Shown in pieces: positions 10,401-19,964 of a DNA stretch of 35,628 bases (the first letter of the stretch is position 1; each line of letters begins with the position of its first letter). Source of the stretch: Vitrella brassicaformis CCMP3155 (lineage: Eukaryota; Protista; Chromerida); the NCBI GenBank assembly GCA_001179505.1, contig CDMY01000658.1, positions 1 to 35,628 on the forward strand, read 5' to 3'. The notes below the pieces were generated by a model. It was given only the letters and a program-made list of their open reading frames with translations, did no database searches and was not told the DNA's origin. The position numbers and the translations under genes were made by a program.

Positions 10401-13400
10401 CGACAGCGACGCCCTCAACACGCGCATCACCGCCCTCTTCGACCAGCACCTCCACAACTCTGACAAGATTCGGCAGCACATCGCCCGGAGGACCGGCAGG
10501 AGACCCTCCCAGATCGACCTCTCATCGGCAGCTCGCGCGTCGGCGAGGCGGTCGTCGAGGGATCTGTCCATTACTTTCCCTTTGGTTGGCTCGATGTCCT
10601 TCCAGAGGACGGCCAAGGATGGCTTGGCGCTGCTGGTGGACCTCGGGAGGGAGGTGCTCGAGCCGGCTGCTGGGGAGATGCCCTTGTCAAGCTCGGGGCG
10701 GCTGCGCGTCAGCAGCCCGACTGTGTTGGTGCGGGTGCGTGCAGCGGGGAGGGGGGAGAGCTGGACGGCTGTGGGGTTGGGCAAGGTGCCGTCGACTCTG
10801 CTGCTCACTGGGGTGCGGTGGACCGCTGCGGCACAGCTCCTGTAAACACACGCACATACACATACACACACACAGGCGTGTTGATCTGTATTCATTTCTC
10901 ATCTCTCTCTCTCTCTGTGTCTGTGTGTGTAGGTACCTGTGTGTGCCGATCCCCGCTCGTCTGGCCGTCAGCCTCGGCGGCCGCAAGTTCCTCAAGCGCA
11001 GAGAGTCCGAAAGCCACCTCACCCTCTCCCTCGCCCTCCCAACACATCATCAACAGCAACAGCAGCCGCAGCAGCAGCACCCTCCGCCACCTCTCCCCCT
11101 CTGTGTGCCGCTCCCCCACTCCGCCACAGAGCAGCTCGCGCTCGGCGCGCCTCTGCCGATGCACCACCCCTCTTTGCTGATGGAGCTGCTCGCCATGCAC
11201 CCGCCACACATGGCCGTCGTCTCTCAGGTGTGTCGGCGGCTGCTGGCGAGTTTTCGTGTTGATGCTGAGGGCAAGCGGCGGGTGCGCGAGGAGAGGAGAC
11301 GCCAGAGGGAGAAGGAGAGGGAGAGGGAGAGGGGGCTTCCCTCTGGCGCCTTTGCGTGGGCTTCTGCTGTGTCGATAGAGGTGGAGGAGGGGGAGGGGGA
11401 GCAGGGACCGTCCCCGGCCTTGCCCACACCCACACCCACATCCCTCTCCCCCACCCTCGATCTCCCCCTGGACACCCTCACAGCAGCGCCCCCATCCCCC
11501 ACTGCTGCTGTCTCTGCTGCTGCTGCTGCTGCCGCACCCGCCCCAGCTCCCATGACGACATTCGCTCCCGACCCTTTTGACTTTTCCTCTGCATGGGGCG
11601 GCGGCGGTGGTGGTGCTAGTGGCGGTGGGGGCACCGCCGCGGACTTCGCTGCTGAATGGGGGTTCTCTGCACCTACAGCAACAGCAGCGCCAGCACCAGC
11701 ACCACCCATAGCTGCAGCACAAAAAGAGGGAGGCGCAGAGGGCGAGGGTGAGGGAGAGGGTGAGATCGTAACGCCCTCCGAGGTGCAGGAGCTGATTGGC
11801 CTGCTCACCGAGTTCAGCACGCCTGACGATCAGGCAGACACAGAGGGAGAGGGGGAGGGAGAGGGGGAGGGCCTCTGCGGCCTCTCCGCGGCCTGGTGCA
11901 AGTGGCTGCTCCCCCTCATTGCCATGCTCACCCCCTCCCACAGCGGCAGCAGCAGCAGCTTCAGCAGCAGCAACGACCCCCCCGGCGACCACTTCCTTCG
12001 CGCCTATGAGCGCACCCAAACCGTCAAGAAGCTCTCCCTCTCTCCCAGCAGCTGCGAGCCGCTCGGCGAGGGCATGTTTGTAAGGGGGGAGGAGATCGGC
12101 TTGCTGACGTCTGCCGAGGTGGCCTGGGGTGTGATAGGCATAGAGCAGGAGAGGCTGTTGCAGAGGGTGCTGGCAGAGAGGGAGGGGGGCCGGGTGGACT
12201 GGCCGATGCTGAGGGACGCTGGGGTGGGGTTCTGGGTGCGGCAGCCTGGGCTTGTCAGGCAGCTGGCGGAGAGACTGCCGAGGGACATCTACGCAGGTAC
12301 GGTACGCGGAGGAGAATGCCATCAACATGGAACTATCGCGATGGATGGTGTGTGCGTGTGTGTGTGTGTGTGTGTGGCTTTGCAGCCCAGCCAGAGAGGG
12401 AGAAGGACCCCGAGGCCGTTGCGCTGTGGTACGCCGTCAACAAGAAGAAGGCGCCGCTTATGGTGCTCTACAAGGCCGCAAAAAACATGAAGGCAAGCCC
12501 TCCCCCCCCCNNNNNNNNNNNNNNNNNNNNNNNNNNNNNNNNNNNNNNNNNNNNNNNNNNNNNNNNNNNNNNNNNNNNNNNNNNNNNNNNNNNNNNNNNN
12601 NNNNNNNNNNNNNNNNNNNNNNNNNNNNNNNNNNNNNNNNNNNNNNNNNNNNNNNNNNNNNNNNNNNNNNNNNNNNNNNNNNNNNNNNNNNNNNNNNNNN
12701 NNNNNNNNNNNNNNNNNNNNNNNNNNNNNNNNNNNNNNNNNNNNNNNNNNNNNNNNNNNNNNNNNNNNNNNNNNNNNNNNNNNNNNNNNNNNNNNNNNNN
12801 NNNNNNNNNNCCCCCCCCCCCCCCCACACACACAGAGAGAGGCGCTCACCTGCACACGCACACACGCACCTGCACACATGGATGGATGGATGGATAGATC
12901 TTCTGTGCATTGGTATGTGTGTGCCACACACACACAGGTGGTGGATTTCCTCTCCCACAACTTCGACGAGGAGAAGTGGCAGTCGGCGGCCTACAAGAAC
13001 GCCTTCGCTCTCATCGGCAAGAAGAAATACGAAATGGCCTGCGCCATCTTTATCGTTGGCGGGGCCATCCGCGAGGCACTCGACGTGTGCCTGCGCTACT
13101 TGGACGACCCACAGGTGGCCCCCCACACGCACAGACAGAGAGAGAGAGAGAGAGCAAGACATCCGTCTCCCTCTCTGTCTCTCGTTGTCTCAGCTGGCCA
13201 TCTTCCTGTGCCGAATATGGGACGCCCACACACACGACCCCTCCCAAGCCGACGGCTCCTCGCTGCTGCATTCCACCATCCGCGAGAAGATCCTCCCCTA
13301 CGCCAAGAGCAGGGGCGACCCCTGGCTGCAGGCCACGCTCCTCTGGCTGATCGGCGAGTACCAGACCGCCATTGACGCCACATTCCCCACACCAGCGGCA

Positions 13401-16400
13401 GCAGCAGCAGGCACAGACACAGCGGACGAGACTGGCAACGGCACGAGTCATGACAGCCTCTACTCGGCGGGCTCTCTGCGTCACGTCTTCTACACCCCCG
13501 CTTTGCCGGCCTTTCGCAATGCCCTCATGCAGAGCACACCCGGCCGACGGCTTCAAGCCGCAGCCGCTGCTAATGCTGCTGCGCCCAGCAGCAACGGCGA
13601 CCCTGTGGCATTGGAAAGGACCCAGGTGTCATTGGCTGTGCAGTACTACATCTCTCGGGCCTGCCCTCTGCTGGCCCTGCAGCAACTGCGGGCACACAGG
13701 GAGAGGGAGGGGGAGGGGGAGAGCCCAGAGAGGGAGATGGACTTCGCTCTGGTGTCCTCCCTCGCCCGCAGCCTCGGCGCGCTGCAGGAGTCCTCCGACG
13801 AGGCGCTGAGCATCAAAGACCTTTCCGCCACCATCGGGGAGCTCACCCACAATCCCCTCCTCTCTGTCCGCACCTTCGCCAGCGTCTCGGCCACGAGCAG
13901 GCTCACTCGTCTGGCCACAATGCGGCACAGAAGGTTCAGAGCCCCGGAGCGGCTGCAGCAGGAGCTGTTGGATGCCTTTCCCAAGAGCATCCGGCCGAGA
14001 GGAGAGAAAACTAGCGCCCCTCTGCCACTCCCCCCTCATGTCGAGGCCTTCTTTCGTGTGCACAAGACGCCTTTGGGAGGGGGGGCTGGTGTGAGGAATG
14101 AGTGCGACATCCTGGGCGACCTGCTCGTCTACACGCCGCTGCTCGGCATCGCGCCACATTGGGCGGGGATGGGTTTGGTTACTGATGGGGGCAGAGCGGC
14201 GACGGCCATGACGGTCTGTGCGACGGCGCTGCGGGTGCTTTTGCCGGCACTCCGGTGCCCCATGGCGAGCTCTCTGCCTGTGATGGCTCTGCACACGCTG
14301 CTCAACAGCCTCGCCGCGCTGACCTACCCCCCACCACCCCCTCTGGTGGACCAATCGGACGGCAAGGGCGTCTTGCCGTCTGACGTGCTGACGATGGTGA
14401 CGTCGATCGCCGTGGTGACGGCCTCCCTCCTGGCCTCCCACCACCTCTGCCGACAGACCACACTCTTCCGCCCTTCGCCCACGGAGAACGCCATGGAGTC
14501 GCATGATGAAGGCACACATGAGGAAGATGGGGACCAGACCGACCTGTCCTTTGATTGGGAGACGACCTACTGGCGCGGTTTGCAGAACCTCCTGAGTGCG
14601 GGGTTGCTGAGCGAGTCGGGGGACCGTGCTGGTCCTGCAGGGCAGCCGGCGCTGAACCTTGCCGCACTGCAGGGTGGGGCGCTGATGCCCGTGGTGGTGC
14701 GGTACTTTCTGCACCCACAGCCCACTCCTGTCCCCTCCTCGCCCACACACACATCCACGTCGACAGCAACCACAGCAGCAAAGGGCAGCGGGAGGCTCAC
14801 CCGACCTCCGCCGAAAAAGGACCGAGCAGTGCCGGCAGCGGCAAAGAAGAAACCGGCCGATGACGGGCTGTTTGGTCTGGGAGGGGGGCCGCCGCCCGAG
14901 GCAGATGAAGCCATGCTCGGGGATGGCTTTGACGCTCCTGCTGGTGCTGGTGGTGGAGGGGCAAAGGGGGAGAGGGAGAGGGAGAGAGAGCGGCTGCAGT
15001 GGCCTTGCGACCCGAGAGAGCGTGCCAGGTGGGCCGCCGCAACGCTGATCGACTCTCTCGACAATGACACCGACGACAGGGCGACCAAAAAGATGGTGGT
15101 GCGGTTCTTCGAGACGGCCACGGTGCTCTTCCTATTCGAGCGGCTGCTGACGGTGCTCAAGGGCGTGCGGCAAATGGCCCTCTCCGGCAGCAGCAGCAGC
15201 ACCGTGGGCATCGTGCCATCCTCCTCCCCACTGCTGCCATTCTGGTTCTCCCAGCTGATCCACGCCATGCAGACATACACTTTCGGCTTCCTCCGCAGCC
15301 ACTTCGTCGCCGCGGCGTCGGGCAAGCTGGCCGAGTCCCTCGCCCCCTGTTTGGCCCTCACGCCCTCGCCATCCGCCGCCCAGCAGCCGACGAGCGTCAA
15401 GAAGAAGGCCGCTGTGTCGCAGTCGTCGTCGGAGAGCCTGGTGTCTGACAGCGGGGCGCTCGCCCTGCTGGCCGGGCAGATGGGCGGCTGGGGTGCGGAG
15501 GACCTGATCGAGGAGGTGATGGACACGGCCTGGATACCAGAGGCCATCGCCGTGTGGCGCCCGCTCGAAGGCACGAGACGCATCTGTCTGCTCTACGCGC
15601 GCCACCCTGCCCTCGCCGTCTCCCTCCCCTCCCCCCTGCCGGCCCTCTCGGCGCTCATTGCCTACTCCAAGGACGCCATCCCCTGTCTGGCCATCGACAA
15701 AGCACCCCTCACCGCCGCACAGGGCGAGACCGACGGCGCGTCGGGGAGCGTAACGGCGCGCACTGGAAGCGGCTTGCTCGCCGTGGGGACTGCCAAAGGG
15801 CTGCGAGACCTGCACTCGGCGCATTGCGTGCTGTTCCGTGGGCGGACGGGGCCGCTGATGGTGATGATGCCTTCAGGGGCGGGAGGGGGCGGCGGTGCGG
15901 GGGAGGAGGAGGCCATGTCGTGGGAGCTGGCTTTGCACCGGTTCGATGCCGTGGCCTCTGCTTACGACAGCGCCATTGCGGGGCACGTGCTGCGGTGCGT
16001 CCACCCGTCCATTGCCCCAGCTTCGGCGAAACCAGGTGGCGGTGGTGGTGTTGGCAAGGAAGTGGCCATCGACATGTGTGCAGAGCTGCTGCTCAACGGC
16101 ATGTGGCGACCCTCGCCGCCCATTCCCTCCGGACGGCCTCAAGTCACCGGCCACGTCTGGGGGCTCGCGGAAGGCTCCCCTCTCCGCTACCTCGGCTGCG
16201 CCTCCCCGCCCCCACCTGCCGGCCTGCTTGACTCCCACGCCATCCACGGGGGCCCTTACACTGGCAGAAGGCGGCAAAGGACCACCATGGACGTTTTCGC
16301 CTGCAACCCTGGGAGTGCGAGCGACAGAATGCGCCCCGCGACGGCTCTAGGGGCGCACCCCTCCCTCTCCGTCTACGCGTCGGCTCACATGGATGGCGGC

Positions 16401-18408
16401 GGGGTGGTGCTGTGGGGCTTTGGCGAGAACGCCCCCCTCGGCGCGCTGGACTTCGTGACGAGCCTGCCGCACTCGCCGCATTTCTACCGGGATGTGTCGC
16501 CTTCACAGGCCGGGAAGACCTCTGTGTTGCCGTCTTATCACGCGCCACCGGGGGTGGGTGACACCATGGGTGTGGGCGGCGGGGGGTCGAAGGCCGTCCA
16601 GCACGACACAGGGGGCTCGCTGATCATCAAGGGCGGCATGGGCGGCATGAAGAAGACCCCCTCCACACCAGCAATGCTCAACGAGGGTGTGGGCATTGGC
16701 GCCCCTCCCGCAATGGCCCCGAAGCCGCACTCAACCGGGATGCCGGCCACGCCCACACCACAGCACCCCTACGGCAAGGTGAAGCGCCTGGAGTGGAACG
16801 TCTTCGGCGACCGACTGCTGGCCTGCCACAAGAAGGGCGTTGTCAACGTGTGGGCGCTGAGTCGAGCCACCGGGACGACGCCTTATCTGACCTTCCGGGC
16901 GCACACCAACTGCCGCGTGGGGCGGTTTCTGACGCCGGCAGGGGGCGTGATTGCTACGGGGGGGAGGGGGGGGCCNNNNNNNNNNNNNNNNNNNNNNNNN
17001 NNNNNNNNNNNNNNNNNNNNNNNNNNNNNNNNNNNNNNNNNNNNNNNNNNNNNNNNNNNNNNNNNNNNNNNNNNNNNNNNNNNNNNNNNNNNNNNNNNNN
17101 NNNNNNNNNNNNNNNNNNNNNNNNNNNNNNNNNNNNNNNNNNNNNNNNNNNNNNNNNNNNNNNNNNNNNNNNNNNNNNNNNNNNNNNNNNNNNNNNNNNN
17201 NNNNNNNNNNNNNNNNNNNNNNNNNNNNNNNNNNNNNNNNNNNNNNNNNNNNNNNNNNNNNNNNNNNNNNNNNNNCGCCGGCAGGGGGCGTGATTGCTAC
17301 GGGGGGGAGGGGGGGGCCGCCTGTGGGGGTGGGTGGGGGGAGTGGGGGTGGGGAGAAGGGTCCGCTTGAGGATGCGTGTATGTGTATCTGGGACACACTG
17401 GCGCCCGGCAACAAGACAGGTGGGTGTGCAGCACACAACGAGGGAGGGAGGGAGGGAGAAAGAGAAACACGCCATTTCTCTCCCTCTCTCCGTCTGTCTG
17501 TCTGTCCATTGCTGATGCAGGTGCATCGGACGACAGTCAGGCGGCAATGAGTGGTGTGTCGACCACCACTCGTCTCCCGCTGCTGGTGGGGATGGACAAG
17601 GGCCACCCGGATGGCAAGAACTTCGGGGCCTACGACATCGCCCTGTGGACATCCCGACAGCGGCTCGTCACAGGCGGCAAGAAAGGGGAGGTCCGCATCT
17701 TCGACCTGCGCACCATGCGGCCCTTTCACGCCTTCGCCTCTGACGGGGGGAACGTCAAAGTTGGCGAGACAGCTGGCGGTGTGGGTGGGGCGGGGGTGGA
17801 GAGGTTTGACAGATCCATCACACCGCCCTTGTCTTCGGCCGCTGCTGGGAACAACCCCGTGGTGCGCTGCTTTGTGGTCGAAGAGACGCAGAGGCTCGTC
17901 ACTGTCAACGGGGACGCCATGGTCAGACACACACCCACAGAGAGAGAGAGAGAGAGAGAGCGTCGGACCAATGTGTGTGTGTGTGTGTGTGAATGGGCGT
18001 GTGTTGATTCGTTGATTGCAGGTGCGTGTGTGGGACCTGTCGAGCCCGTCCATCGAGCTCATCAGCGAGTCGCCCTTCATGCCGATGCCCGCCATCGAGA
18101 AGGCCCCCCTGACCGCCCCCACGCCACTCCTCTGCCTCCCCACCCATAATTACCCCCAGACGGCCACATCAGCCACCTCAAACACCGGCAGCCAACAGCC
18201 CCCCACCAGCGCCACGGCCGCCATGCTGTCGGTGACCACCGCAGGGGCCTCCACCACTGTCGGGCTCGCCCAGGGCTTCACGAGCCTTGCACACGCCGTG
18301 ACGGGCCGGTCGGCGGCGTCGCGGTTTGTGCTGGACGGGATAATGGTGGGGCCGCACCACCTGATGCTGGGGCTGACGGATGGCACCGTGAGGCTCATTA
18401 GGGTATGA
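6037..18408 (+). CDS. DMXL: RAVE/rabconnectin-3 alpha (Rav1/DMXL-like) WD40 protein, V-ATPase assembly regulator; multi-exon, roughly 3,300-3,400 aa (estimate)
   Basis: Rav1p_C-type segment KKAPLMVLYKAAKNMK|VVDFLSHNFDEEKWQSAAYKNAFALIGKKKYEMACAIFIVGGAIREALDVCLRYLDDPQLAIFLCRIW corresponds to the DMXL motif FSHNF..RW..AALKNAFSLLGKQRFE. C-terminal WD40 repeats: AHPSLSVYAS..VVLWGF, CMCIWDTLAP, LVTGGKKGEVRIFDLR, VRVWDL. Exons splice in phase with no internal stop found. The start at 6037/6040 is inferred, and the gene spans three N gaps. Confidence 0.9.
9595..9894. other. Assembly gap (300 N) inside a DMXL intron, flanked by poly-C
   Basis: N run. Flanking donor CAC|GTAAGA and acceptor CTGCAG|ATG are phase-compatible. 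Confidence 0.95.
12511..12810. other. Assembly gap (300 N) inside a DMXL intron (12493-12937), flanked by poly-C
   Basis: N run between C homopolymers. Confidence 0.95.
16976..17275. other. Assembly gap (300 N) whose flanks overlap by 43 identical nt; probably no missing sequence
   Basis: 16933-16975 equals 17276-17318. Merging them restores the frame TPAGGVIATGGRGGPPVGVGG...CMCIWDTLAP. Confidence 0.9.
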
Positions 18409-18766
18409 GGCAGTGAGTGTAGGGCCCTCAGTCATTGTGTGGCTGTGAGGGTGAGAATGGGAGATGATTTGAGGGCGGAGAGATATCGATCGATCGATCG
18501 GCCGTATTTGTATTTTTGTCCGTTCGGTGTGCATTTGTGCGTGCGTGCTGCGTACACTGACTGGTGTAGACTGACTGACTGACTGACCGGATGACCGGAT
18601 AAGCACCAACCGTTTTCTTTATCAAGTCTCGCTGACATAGCACAACAGATCTACGTATTAACAGCTTCACACACACACACACACACACACACGAAACGAG
18701 GTCTCTTGGTTCAGCCAGCCACACCGCCCATCCATCCATCCATCCGTCCGTCCATCCCTCCATGCG

Positions 18767-19459
18767 TCACGCATCAACGATCTGCACTCTCGCCGTGCTC
18801 CCTATCCCACTACTATCAATGCCGGTTGTCCTGACATCCTTCCAGAGGCTCTCCTCGGGTGGCAGTACCTTGTGGAAATGGCTGACGATCATGTCTTCCA
18901 ACAGCAGCCTCTCCCTGCTGTTGGTGATGATCGATTCTGCACAATCGGCTGCCTCAGGGCCCATGTAAGTGCCGGCCTCCCGAAGAACCGCACAGTAGTC
19001 GTGCTCTTCCCCGTCGGCAATGATTTCGACAACCATCTTGGCTAGCTGCTGCATCACCTCCCCCTTCGGGCGCTCAGGCAGCCGGATGGCCTCTTTGCCG
19101 ATGTTGATGCCGAAGTAGCGGAATTCGCGCAGCAGCGCCTCCTTGTTGACCGATGCCTCCACGTGAATGGGCAGGCCGTGGTGGTAGAACTGCATGATGT
19201 AGGGAAACAGGGAGGGCTCAGCATCGACGAAGACCTGACTCTCACAACACCACACAAGCGCTTCGGCCTGTCACAGACCTGTAGCTTCTACCTTTCTGCA
19301 CGTGTGTCCTACCGGCAGGTCATGTTGGATGCGCCGATACTCGGCAGTGTGCTCGTTGGTGACCAGCTGCCCCAGCAGTGTTTGTGGGTGCCGCTCAATG
19401 GTCGTCCTGGCCACGTGGAACATTCTGCCGCCGACATCGAGTCGAATGGGAGTCGTCAT
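18767..19459 (-). CDS. BTB/POZ (T1/KCTD-type tetramerisation domain) protein, 204 aa
   Basis: Exons 19459-19313 and 19234-18767, GT-AG intron 19312-19235. MTTPIRLDVGGRMFHVARTTIERHPQTLLGQL...VFVDAEPSLFPYIMQFY...ALLREFRYFGI matches the KCTD BTB consensus (LNVGG..F.T...TL...P.T.L; F.DRDP..F..IL.FY; L..EA.FYG). Confidence 0.9.
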
Positions 19460-19524
19460 TACGACACGCACTCACACTTGCAACACGACAGACAGCAGGG
19501 CCAATGTGAATGCAGCTGAGAAGG

Positions 19525-19598
19525 CTGCACAGAGCGACAGAGCCGACAGAGGATCATGTCCATCAAGCATGCTGCTCACAGATCTGTGTGCTGCTCAC
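19525..19598 (-). repeat. Putative 5'-UTR intron of the BTB gene, near-identical to 272-349
   Basis: On the minus strand GAG|GTGAGCAGCACACAGATCTGTGAGCAGCATGCTTGATGGACA...CTCTGTGCAG|CCT, 74 nt, ending 65 nt upstream of the ATG. Confidence 0.85.
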
Positions 19599-19711
19599 CT
19601 CGTTCGATGCTCAGATGGACAGATCAGACAATGGCTCGAGTGATTCATTTGGCCGTTCTCTCGGCCGAATGTGCTGCGCAGAGCTGCCCAACCACCCCAC
19701 AAAGCGCCGCG

Positions 19712-19787
19712 CCTAAACCCTAAACCCTGTGATGGTTCTCACAGCGCCCCATCACAGGGTTCAGGGTTTGAAACCCTACCCTAACCC
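19712..19787. promoter_or_regulatory. Telomere-like motif cluster upstream of the BTB gene, including a head-to-head arrangement
   Basis: CCTAAACCCTAAACCCT at 19712-19728 and AGGGTTCAGGGTTTGAAACCCTACCCTAACCC at 19756-19787. Function is inferred. Confidence 0.5.
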
Positions 19788-19964
19788 GTCAGGTCCCGCG
19801 TCAGAAGCGTGGGTGACAAATGGGTGGCAATCTAACCATCTAGCTACCTGGCTGCACAAACCTACGAACAAATGTCAAGTCTCCGATACATACGCAACTG
19901 CGACAAATGGGCGGACAGAGAAGCGGCCATATGATGTATATGGATCTATCCATCTATTTTTTAC

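Noticed and set aside
12252-17369. 1705-aa ORF as a stand-alone protein
   Set aside because: It reads through introns and N gaps and is part of the spliced DMXL gene.
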